A stretch of DNA of 64,000 nt from Octopus sinensis. Lineage: Eukaryota. Location: contig NC_042998.1 in NCBI RefSeq assembly GCF_006345805.1, forward strand, positions 140,864,001 to 140,928,000, given 5' to 3'. The notes below the pieces were generated by a model that worked only from the letters and a program-made list of their open reading frames with translations, made no database searches and was not told the DNA's origin. Position 1 is the first letter of the stretch, and every line of letters begins with the position of its first letter. Below, piece by piece: positions 24,849-36,875 of this stretch. The position numbers were made by a program, and so were the translations under genes.

Positions 24849-25358
24849 TTAAATGATGATATATAATGATGATGAATAATGATCACCTCCCAGTGATGTC
24901 CCTGAACTTCTTTTTTTTACTTAAACTGCAAATAAAATAGGTAAGACAAAGGGAAATAATCATCCAGCAAAGCACCAAAATAGCCCTTTTTTGTTTCACA
25001 ATTGTTTAGTTAGAATTGGGACAAAGGCAGGGACAGTGGCCTTCTTCCATTAAACAAGCCTTACGAGCCTTGTGACTACATTAGAACTTTGACGCCAAGC
25101 TGGATGCCCTTCTTGACACCTGGTTGGTATTAGAAAGAGCAGACATAGATAGAAACATAATCATCACTATTTTTCATTTTAACATCCATTTTTCCATGCT
25201 TGCATGGGTTAGACAGGATTTGTTGAAGCAGTATTTATATGGTCAGATGCCCTTACTGTTATCAACTCATGCTTTCATGGAAGATCAGAAATGAAAGACA
25301 TTATTTGCTTGACGACACTTACATCCAACAATCATAATGTGAAAGTAAAGAGACAGTA

Positions 25359-25403
<45 letters not shown>

Positions 25404-26349
25404 CACAAACAACGGAGTACTTTCAGTTTCTGTCTACCACATCTACTCACAAGGCTTTGGTTCGCCTAGGGCTACAGTATAAGACACCTTCTTCCCAAGG
25501 TGCCACACAGTGGAACTGATCCTGAAATCATGAGATTGGGAAACAAAATTCTTACCATACAACCATGCTCACGCCTGTTTACAATGTGTAAACTTTAATT
25601 TAATATTAGCGATAATAGTTTCACCATTCAACATCGACAAACTTGCAGTGTCTCTGAACTGGTTAAACATACGTTACGAAAATATAAACAGTAAACATTA
25701 TGAATACAATTTATCGGAGGTTTATAAAATTATCAGTTTAATTATATTTAAATTCTTGTTATATTAATAACCGCAAGAAAATTTCATTTTGGCAAAAACA
25801 TCAAAATAAATAAGTACCTAATTAACATTCATTAAAATTCCTTTCTTTCTTAAATTAGATCGTGGTAGTTGTTGTCATTTCGCTGCTGGTAAAACTCTCA
25901 TCAAACAGGCCTATGATCAAAGGCGTTCCAGTTGAGACCATCACATCGTTCTAGCAGTATCTAGGATTACGCTAGCTAACATGTCTTTTCTTAAGACAAT
26001 GGAATGCAATTTCAAGGAGTGTTTGATGGTTGCTGTTTCTGGTAGGGTGGGTAAGCAGTAGAGGCTGCCTTCATTGACTCGAGATCAAAGAAGTAAAAAT
26101 ATTACATAAACTGTTTAATCTTTCATGCAAAGTGAATCAAAATTTTATGCTTGACTTCATACTGTACATTAAAAAAGTTTTACATATGCTTGATAATTTA
26201 AGCGTAAAGGAGTGAGTCTGTGTGTTGTGTGTATGCATGCACCCCCACCACACATAAAGACACAAATTATATTTCTATCGCATTTGTATAAATGTTCAGA
26301 AATAATTTTGCTTTTAGTTTTATTTTTTGTTTTTTGAGATTCTTGCAAT

Positions 26350-26810
26350 TAATATTATTATCCATTATATTTTTCAAGGTTATTAATTAATTTCTGTTCC
26401 TTCAATCGAAGCTCGTCTGAAAGAAAAGCAAGCGCCAAATTAAGTAGAATCGCTAAGTCACAATTAGCGAAGAAGCCACTCAACGAAAATAACACGCAGA
26501 ATAAAAACATGTTTGCAAACACAAGATAATTTATGCTGCAGAAATGCCTCGCTAACTTTTTACTTCCGGAACAACAATAACAAAATCGGAAAAAAATAAA
26601 AAATCTGGTAGAATTCCACCCCACCTCTGAATTAAATTGCGGAAAAGTCAAAAATTGTTTTGGGTACGTTACTTGGAGAGGCAGTGGTATGAGAGAACAA
26701 GAAAGTTGGGGGCTGGTTCGATTTCTGGGCGTGTTTGCGCTTTATGGGCGGCGACTCAGTTGTAGGCGTGTTGTATGCGGACAGCTGGCTGGCGGAACTG
26801 TAAGTGAAAT
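26350..26810 (+). promoter_or_regulatory. CpG-rich promoter-like region with a candidate first-exon donor
   Basis: Abrupt rise in CpG versus the preceding 25 kb; ETS-like acttccgg at 26562-26569; GC-box-like gggcgtg/gggcggc; donor GGAACT|gtaagt at 26799/26800. Confidence 0.45.
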
Positions 26811-29800
26811 ACAACCAGTAGAAACAACTTCAGCTTGCAAAGGTACACATGTGATTATAGTATGTATGTGCACTAGTTAACAACAAGGAACTTATCGACA
26901 TGCGAATCGATGCGAGGTTATTGGCATGTCGCAGAGGTTCTTGTCACGTGGAACTACATCAATAATCATCGCCCAGATGCGAAAAACTGAGAGAGTACAT
27001 CAATCGTCAAGAGATACACAAATAAACTTAATCCAAGGCTGATCAAAGTGTTGCGCAATATTTACGAGTGGTTTAAGATGACGACAACAACATGATCTAA
27101 ATGCGATGACGGGTGCACAAAACGGGAGACGGATGAAATGTTATAGTGATTTGGAAGACCATCCGAAGAATGTCAATGTTTCGCACAGTTTCCAACAGAT
27201 CCAGCATAAGTTTGTTTACAACGCGGAGTGAGACAACGCAAATGCAACGCAACATCGTTACCGCTGAAGTACGCAGAACTATATTATTTGATACAAGGGA
27301 CCAGCAACGGATGTTTTATTACTGAAAGATATCTGAAGATATTATGTGTGTATGTATTTATACATATAGAGGCTATATATGCAAGTAGTCCTGGTTATTT
27401 TGCAGCAAGCGTAGCGAAATATTGTTCCGATACACGTAAACACCACAACAAAATTATAAGAGAGAACTACTACACTTACGGATACAACAGAGTTTGCGTC
27501 ACACTTAGTCATTTCGGTGAATACCTGCGTGGTATAGAATGGCTCCATCAGAATCGGCCTGGGGGTTAAACAAAATGTTCACAAAGAGTACATGTGGTAT
27601 AGAACTGCTTCATCGGAACCAGCCCAGGGTTAAACGAAATGTTCGCAAAGCATGCATACTACACAGATCACGTTAACACATATACACGTCAATGCTTCAC
27701 CACCGAGTCATTCATACATTACAACAGGGTGCAGCAACAACAGATCTATATATATATACATATACATATATATATATGTGTGTGTTCATTCATGTACAGT
27801 AGCGGTGTGCTTGGGGAAACAGACTTACATTCTTATACTAGTTTCTGCGAATGGGCTGTGGCCATGCTAGAGCACCATGCGAATATTGCACAAGGACTTA
27901 AAATATGTTACTATTGATGATGCATACGCACATGTATGTAAATATAAACAAACAACTTTAATGTGCAGTGAAAAAGGAAATTTCACATGAATATTATGAA
28001 ACACACACTTACACACAAACAGGAAATACCACCATATAGGAAATGTACTTAGATGCAATAACTGTGATGTGGTGGCAATCATTATGTGTAACAACAAAAG
28101 GAAATGACTGAAACTGACAAAGAGACAAACGTAACACCCTCAATTTCTAATAATTAATACAACCAAACAATCCAATTATAAATAATAACTATAATTAGAT
28201 CAATTAATAAACTGACCTTTGCAAAATCTACAGAAGACTGTTCGGCCACATTGTAAGGCTATGATAGAATGGTTAACATGTAAATTACTAAATGACTGCC
28301 TAACGTTTTCGTTAAAATAGAGTAGAGACAATGTGATAATCCGCACGGAGATGGCTAAAAAGGAAGGGGTTGGGGCTGTTTTTTTTTCATTTTTATTTAA
28401 ATGAAAAGAAATAAAACAAAACAGAAACAAATTACAGAAAGTTTACGTAATTACCCAAAAAGAAAACATCACTATCAATCTTTATGCATGTTGCTGTTGT
28501 TGTTTTACCGCAAGTCATGTTGACCTAGGAGTGAAGACGCTCTGTTGTTTTGTATAATGGGGGTACTGAATTGGTTCAATGTATGCCATAGCTGGAAAGA
28601 GATTTGGGTGCTGTTTGCAGCGAACTCGAGAGAGAGAGCCTGTAGAAGCTTTCTCAGTTCAATCCCTACCTCAGCCTCTTTTGTTTTTCCGCTAAGTCAT
28701 TCATTAAACAAATACACCCGCATTAAGTAGGTGCTGCCGCTGTCTCTGATTATCATTTATTTTTTTTATTTACATAGTTCTATGTAAATCTCCACTGTAG
28801 TCCTTTGTCTTTAAATTGTCCAAAATGTTTTTCACGTTCCTTGTGGCCAATAATGAATTATTATTATTATTATTATTATTATTATAATTTAGAAAGCAAA
28901 GAGGATATATATGCTTATATGTATGTGTCTGAGCATTGTAGACTATGTTATGTGTTGTATATGTGCAGATGAAAAAAATATTGTTACGCAATGTGTACTT
29001 ACAGATTTTACCGTTGTGGTGATGTATATATACAACACTGCGTACACATATACACATGCATTCACGCACACAAATACTATCAAATTCAAAAAGTTTTTAA
29101 ATGACATACAAAATAAATAAATTTATAAAAAAAAAGGATAAACAGGATGGTGACAAACATATCAGGTTTGGTGTTAGGCTGGGGATAATTTCTTCGGCTC
29201 TCCATGAATCAAAAAGGTTCTGCGGAAAAGCTACAGATGTTTATACTATGTCTGGTAATAAACGGAGAAGGAAGGGGAGGCATTTCGTCCTCTGATTCTA
29301 CTCATCATCATCATTTTTCTATTTATTTATTCATTTTTTGTTGTATTTTTACTTTTTTATTTTTTCTTTGCGCTTTCTCAGTAAGAGTTCAACAAGCATT
29401 AAGATTTTTCAAGTCGGAAACGAAAGATCAAAGCTGTAAAGATCTTTTTTGTCCCAGTCGACTCTTCACACAGACATGCACTCGGGTTTTATATTTCACA
29501 TATTAGGCAACCACACAACCAAACAAAACAACAAGCATAAAAATAATTAACAAATAAAAACAAGCAATTAGGATTAGTTTTTCTTCTTCTTCTTGTTAAC
29601 ACCCAAACACACACACACACTCACGTATATAGAAATGTATGTTTGGTAGGTTTTCTTTCATATCTAAATTTATTTTCATTTTTCTTTGTTTTTCTTTGCA
29701 AAGAGATTCCAGGTGGGCCAAGAATATGATGTTCTTTGATGTCTGTTCGTAACTTCTTTGGGTGGGGGTAGGACGGGTGGCACCCTGCCTGCATATGTAT

Positions 29801-30444
29801 GTTTGTAAGTTAGTTTGTGTGTGAGTGTGTGTGTGTGTGTACGTGCGCGTAGTGACGGGGGTGAATGTGGCTGGCTTCTTTCTTAAGCCCAAGCTTCAGT
29901 GAACAACTGTAGGAGCAATAAGAAGCAAAACTTAAAAGAAAAGTAAAAGACGCAACTATATACATATTGTACATGGAAACTGATACATGCAATATCTAAC
30001 GTAACTGCAGATAAGCAAAGTCTAATGTGTACATGCACATCTATTTAAGTGCATATGTGTATTTCGACCTTTTTGCTACCCTCACTGTACATCCAATCTG
30101 GTTGTATCTATCATGTGTGTTTACAGGATTAAGATGCTAACTTCTTAACCAAGAAGTTCTGAGTTCAATCCAACTGCATAGCACCCTGAGTGAGCGCATT
30201 CTATCATAGCCTTAGGTTGTTCTAAACCTTGTGAGCGAAACTGTCTAGGTGCAGGAATGTCTGTGTCATGAAGAAGTTCACTTCCCAACCACATAGTTTC
30301 TGGTTCAGTCCCACTGCGTGACACCTTGGGCTAGTGTCTTCAACTATAGCCTTGGGTTGACCAAACCCATGCGAGTGGATCTGGTAGAAGGAAACTGAAA
30401 AAAGCATATCACACACATATATATATATTATTATTATTATTATT

Positions 30445-31320
30445 AGGGTGGAGGGCTGACAGAATTGTTAGAGCCAGAAAAAATGCCTTGTTATATGTGT
30501 TCAGGATCTTTCAAATCCTGTCTAGGTTGACTTTGACTTTCATCCTTTTGGGGTCACTAAAATAAATACCACAAAAGCCTTGGGGTTGATGTAATCAACT
30601 AACTCCCTCCAACCAAATTTCAGGCCTTGTGCTTATAGTAGAAAGAAAAATTATTATTATTGAAGTAATAAGCTGGCAGAATGACTAGAAGGGTGGGAGA
30701 AATGCTTAGCAGTATTTTTTCTAGCTTTACACTTTGAGTTCAAATTCCACCAAGGTGGACTTCCCTGTTATCCTTTTGGAGTCAATAAAATACCAGTTGA
30801 ATAATGGGGTTAATATAATCGACTTCTCTCTCCTAAAATTGCTGGCTTTGTGCCAAAATTTGAAATCATCATCATTATTATTAAGGCAGCAAGCTGGCAG
30901 AATCATTAGCACACCAGGAAAAATGCTAAGTAGTACTTTGCCTGTTGCTACATTCTGAGTTCAAATTGTACCAAGGTCAACTTTGCCTTTCATCCTTTTG
31001 GGATTGATAAATTAAGTACCAGTGAAATGCTGGGGTCAATGTCCCCTCCCCCAAAATTTCAGGTCTTGTGCCTATAGTAGAAAGGATTATCATCATCATC
31101 ATCATTAAGGCGGCAAACTTGCAGAATCACGAGCATGGCAGACAAAATGCTTAGTGGCATTTCATCTGTTTTTATGATCCAAGTTCAAATTTCACTACGG
31201 TTAAGTTTACCTTCCATCCTTTCGGGGTTGACGAAATAAATATCAGAAATGCACTGGGGTCAATGTAATTGACTAGCTCTTTCCCCAAATTTCACAGCTT
31301 ATGTCTATAGTAAAACGGAT
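30445..31320 (+). mobile_element. Head-to-tail chain of 4 family A SINEs
   Basis: Heads at about 30446, 30662, 30882 and 31107, separated by (ATT)n/(ATC)n. Confidence 0.85.
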
Positions 31321-31411
31321 TATTATTATATGAAAGAGAGTGGTGTATTAGAAATGACAGGCTGTTAAGCTTAGTTCACATATATGAATCTTGTCCAGTA
31401 TTTTTCTTTAG

Positions 31412-31486
31412 TGCAGCACATCACAGTATTATAGCCTACAAAAGAACCCATTCCAAGAGGATCTTAAAGAAGTACTTCATAGAATT
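31412..31486 (+). CDS. Candidate internal exon (CSTSQYYSLQKNPFQEDLKEVLHRI)
   Basis: Acceptor gtatttttctttag|, open frame with protein-like composition, possible donors ATT|gtaact (31486) or CCA|gttaag (31503). No homology evidence. Confidence 0.3.
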
Positions 31487-33858
31487 GTAACTGCAGACAT
31501 CCAGTTAAGCACTTCATTATAGTATAACGCTTAGCTGTTTAAACATTTTAAAAGAAAGCACTCTTGTTCATCATCTTTACAATACAAGCACTTATTCTAT
31601 TAGTCCCTTTTGCCAATAAACACACCAACACCAGTTGTCAAGCAATGGAGGGGGCACAAACACAGATATACAAACATATACATACACACACACACACATA
31701 TACATATGACGGGCTTCTTTCAGTTTCTGTCTACTAAATTCACACACAAGGCTTTAGTCGGCCCAAGGCTATAGTAGAAGACACTTGCCCAAGATGCCAA
31801 GAAGTGGGACTGAACCCGGAACCATGTGGTTTGTAAGCAAGCTACTTACCCGCCCACCACAACAGAATTAAGATCCTAAAACCAAGGTGCTATGTAAAAA
31901 GCATTGGTGTGAGTGCTGGCGTTAATTAAAAAAGCACTGGTGATGGTGCCACATAAGAAATAGCCAGTGCAATGAATGGAGTGGTTGGTACTAGGAAGGG
32001 CATCCAATCATAGAGTCAAAACAGACTATGGAACCTGTTGTGGCCCTTGACCATACTAGTTCTAGACAAGCTGTCCAAACTATGCTAACATGGAAAATAG
32101 ACGTTAAATGATGATGATGAGTTTATATGATGGGCTTCTTTCAGTTTCCATCTACTAAATTTGCTCACAAGACTTTAATCAGTCCAGTACTATAGAAAAA
32201 GACATTTGCTCAAGGTGTCATGCAGTGGAGCTGAACCCAAAACCATGTGAGCGGGAAGCAAACTTCTTAACCAAGACAGGATTTTTTTCAGTTTCTTTCT
32301 ACCAAATTCACTGAGCAAGGCTTTAGTCAGCTTCAAACCACACTATTGCACATCAATAAAATTCCCTTCTGTGTAGAGTTAGTAGATTGATTCATCAAAG
32401 AAAAAAAAGAACTAATTCACATTTCTAAGGCTGATCCATCAATAAAAGAAAATAGATGAGGCTATATAATTTGGTGAGCTAATCCAATAGACGAAAGCAA
32501 AAGGAAGGTTTCTCAGCTTTCTTCTACTTAGAAGAACCAGGAAAATCCAGCACCGAGAAGAGAGTTGCTAGACTAAGCCATCAGCTAGCTGACTGCATAT
32601 TAAACATCATACTGATTCAAACGTTAATTGGTTAATTAAATGTTTACTGCTAAACATCAAGCCATACAAATTATAGAGTGTGTGAATGTGACTGTGTGCG
32701 TGTGTGTGTATGATGAATGTGTATCATACACGTCTACGTGTATATGTCTGTGCGTGCATGTGTGTACAGTACAAAACAAAACAGGAGCATTTGTTTATAA
32801 AATACTACAGCGGCTCAATATTTTATGAACAAACGCTGCTGTTCTTTTTCTTGGGAGAGGGGGTTGCTCTATATGTACTCTGTGACCTATCGAACTATAA
32901 AATCAGACTAAATTAAACTGTTAGATTGTAACAATAGTCCATCTTGCAGTTTTCCTTTTGGATACACATGAAATCCTAAAAACTGCTCACAGATCACCAA
33001 ATCACAGTGTGTGTGTATGTGCATATACATATTCTTTTATTCCTTTACTGGTTTCAGTCATTTGACTGTGGTCACACTGGAGCACTGCCTTTAGTTGAAC
33101 GAATCGGTCCCAGGACTTATTCTATCAGTCTCTTTTGCCAAATCACTAAGTTAAGGGGGACAAACATAGACACACAAACATATATATATATATATGTGGT
33201 GGGCTTTTTTCAGTTCCCATCAACCAAATCCACTCACAAGACTTTGGTCGGCCTGAGACTATAGTAGAAGCCCAGAACCATGTGGCTGGGAAGCAAGCTT
33301 CTTATCACACAGCCATGCCTGATATCTTTTTTTACTTGTTTCTGTCATTAGACTGAGGCCATGCTGGGTATACCGTCTTGAACTTTTTAGTCAGATGAAT
33401 CGACTCAAGTACTTTTTTTTTCATAAAACCTGGTACTTATTCTATCAGTTTCTTTTGCTGACCCACCAAGTTATGGAGACACAAACACACCAACACAGGT
33501 CGTCAAGCAGCGCTGGGGCACAAACACACCAACACACACGCACATACATATAATGGGTTTCTTTCACTTTCTGTCTACTAAACCCAATCACAAGGCTTTG
33601 GTCAGTCCAAGATTTTAGAAGACACCTACCCAATGTGTCACACTGTAGGACTGAACCTGGAACCATGTGATCGGGAAGCAAGCTTCTTACCACACAGCTA
33701 GGCCTGCACCTAAAAGTTTGAAACGCTTCACAAATTTGTATGTCATCCTTATATATATATATATATATTAGTCCAACCCATGCTAGCATGGAGAACGGAC
33801 GCTAAATGATGATGATGATATATATATATATATATATATTTATTTATTTATATTGGTT

Positions 33859-34193
33859 GGAGGCGTAATGGCCCAGTGGTTAGGGCAGCAGACTCATGGT
33901 CATAGGATCACAGTTTCAATTCCCAGACCAGGTGTTGTGAATGTTTATTGAGCAAAAGCACCTAAAGCTCTACGAGGCTCTGGCAAGGGTTGGTGGCAAA
34001 CCCTGCTGCATTCTTTCACCACAACTTTCTCTCACTCTTCCTTCCTGTCTCTGTTGTATCTGTATATTTCAAAGGGCCAGCCTTGTCACACACTGTGTCA
34101 AGCTCAGCCACATGCCTGTTAATTTCACGAGCAGGCTGTTCTGTTGATTGGATCAACTGGAACCCTTGTTGTCGTAACCAACGGAGTGCCACA
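33859..34193 (+). mobile_element. tRNA-derived SINE (family D)
   Basis: ggaggcgtaatggcccagtggttagggcagcagactc...gtttcaattcccagacc...ggagtgccacaa. Confidence 0.8.
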
Positions 34194-34493
34194 ATATAGT
34201 GTGGTATAATTTCACAAAGGCATGTCTTGCATATATACATACTACAATGCAAATACCACACTGCTTATTCCGAACACATGCAGGTGTTATTGTGTTCAGC
34301 TTTATATGTTAGCAGAAACAAGCCCAAAATACGTAAATAATAGACACATGCTATATTTAAACACTATATATAAACGTACACATCATATAAGAAAAAGTGA
34401 ACATAAAGAGTTAATGGAAAAGTATACTCACACACATTCATGTGTGTGTGTGTATGATATGTGCATGGAAGAATGTTACAGACGGTATGTGCC

Positions 34494-34626
34494 AACATAT
34501 GCAATGCACTAGGAACAATACTGCAGCTCATAAAACAACCATATGACAATAATTGCATAGGCACCAATTATTGTCATATGGTTGTTTTATGAGCTGCAGT
34601 GTTGTTCCTAGTGCATTGCATATGTT
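34494..34626. repeat. Near-perfect inverted repeat: 62-bp arms, 9-nt loop
   Basis: 34494-34555 pairs with 34565-34626 with one mismatch (a G-U wobble on the plus-strand RNA); loop cataggcac. Confidence 0.95.
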
Positions 34627-35540
34627 CATATGTTCTTAGGTGCTGAATGAAGTTAAGAAAATCTGTCCCAAAAACCACATTGTGGTTCCCGCACTCTGAG
34701 AGTCACCCTAGCCTTGCACTAAACACTTTGCTTAGTTCTATCCTGCCCTCCTTTCCGAAACAATCTTCTTGCTCATGTTCTCCAACACATATAAACCTAC
34801 AGACGTTCAAATTGAACATAAATAATCAATCACACTTATAGATATTACAGAAAGCACCTCTCCTCTTTTGATACATATACACACATATATGTATGTACGT
34901 ATGTATGTGTGTGTGTGTGTGTATATATATGTATATGTGTGCATACTGTACATATATGTATGACTGTGCGATAAGAAGTTTGATTCCCAACCACATGGTT
35001 TCAGGTTCAGTCCCACTGCATAACAATTTGGGAACGTGTCTTATACTATAGCCTTGGGTTAACCAAAGCCTTGTGAGTGGATTTGGTAAACGGAAACCAA
35101 AAGAAGCCCAATGTATGTATATCTATCATCATCATTGTTTAACATCCGCTTTCCATGTAGGCATGGGTTGGACAGTTTGACAGGAGCTGGCCAGGTAGAA
35201 GACTGCCCCAGGCTACTGTGTTGTTTGGCAGGGCTTTTATGGCTGGATGCCCTTCCTAACACCAAAATAGCCTGGAGAGCTATTTGATGTTTGTTGCACT
35301 CATTAAGCTCCTGAGGAACTGAGGAACATTAAATGTGTGTGTGTGTGTGTGTGCATATATACATATGTATAATTATGAATATTATGATTATTATTTAACA
35401 CCAAGCTTCCCGAAACATCTGTCAAGTTGAGAAACTGTATTTTCTTCTTAGCATTCCGTATTTTTTATGGTCCTTATAAATATAGATGTATATGTATGTA
35501 TGTGTGTTTGTCTGTCTCTCTGTGTATGTATGTATGTATG

Positions 35541-35588
<48 letters not shown>

Positions 35589-36325
35589 ATATATATGAAA
35601 AAGAGAGAGTTAATTGGCAAAGTCATAAGAATATTAGATTGAATGTTCTGTGGTATTTGTTCTGATTTCAAATCTCACTGAGGTGAGCTTTGCATTTTTG
35701 CCAGTTGAGCATCATAAAATAAAGTACCAGTCAAGTACTGGAGTTAATTCTGCTCCTCTCTCTCTTTCAAGCACAACTTTTTTCTTTGAGAAATATTAGC
35801 TGTGCTTAGACATGCAGAAGGATTGGCTCTGCCAGGTTTAAAATGCCAAGACACAGTGACACTGCTATGACTCCGCCAGAATTGAGAGCCCCACCACCAA
35901 GTGGGTGTGACTGCATGATACAAAGTTTGCTTTCCAGCCACATTGTCCTGGGTTCAGTCTCACTTCACAGCTCTTTGAGCACATGTCTTCTACTATAACC
36001 TCGGGCCAACCAAAGCTTTGTGAGTGAATTTGGTAGACAGAAACTGGAAGAAGCTTGTTGTGTTTATGTGTGTGTGTGTGTGTGTGTGCATGCACATATG
36101 TGTGTCTTTGTGTCTGTGTTTGTACCCAACCACTGCTTGATAACTGGTGTGTTTATGATCCCATAACTTAGCAGTTCAGCAAAAGAGACAGATAGAATAA
36201 GTACCAGGCTTTAAAAATATGAAATAAGTACTGAATTCGATCCGTTCGACTAAAATTCTTCAGGGTGGTGCCCCAGCATGACCATAATTGAATGACTGAA
36301 ACAAATAAAACTTAAAAGATATATA

Positions 36326-36875
36326 CAGGCATACCTCACCCTAAGTCGTTAATTGATTCCAGGAGACACAACTTAAGTCAAATTAACTTGTCTCTAGGCT
36401 AGGCCCAGCCGAATTTACCCTGGGGCTTCAGATTTGTTATGTGCTAAAATCTTGTCCTTATTATGTACAATCATCGATACAGTTGTCTGATTCATTCTAA
36501 AAGATCGTGCAATTGCAGAAAACCTTTTCACTTTTTCCATGGCATTTTATCATAGCCCGATAAATAAAACAACACAGCTGATTTCATGACTTCGTTCACC
36601 AAGCCACACTACTTTATGGTGTGTATTTTAACATTTACTGAATGTATTTTAATATGATTTTATATGCTTTTTATTCTTATTTATTGTATAATAACATGGA
36701 CTTCATGTGCTTTTCATGGTTTTCTAGTGATTTTATGATTACAATATTTGTGGCGAACAGACGTAAAGTCGAGTAAAATTACTTTACTTGATTTTTATTT
36801 TTCCATGTATTATTTTTGAAAACCAACGTATAATTGAGGACTTAAATCAAAACAACTTAAGCAGAGGTATGCCTG
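36326..36875. mobile_element. Tigger/pogo-type non-autonomous DNA transposon (550 bp)
   Basis: TA|caggcatacctcaccctaagt ... acttaagcagaggtatgcctg|TA; CAGGCATACCTC is the Tigger1-type TIR, with a TA TSD. Confidence 0.85.
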
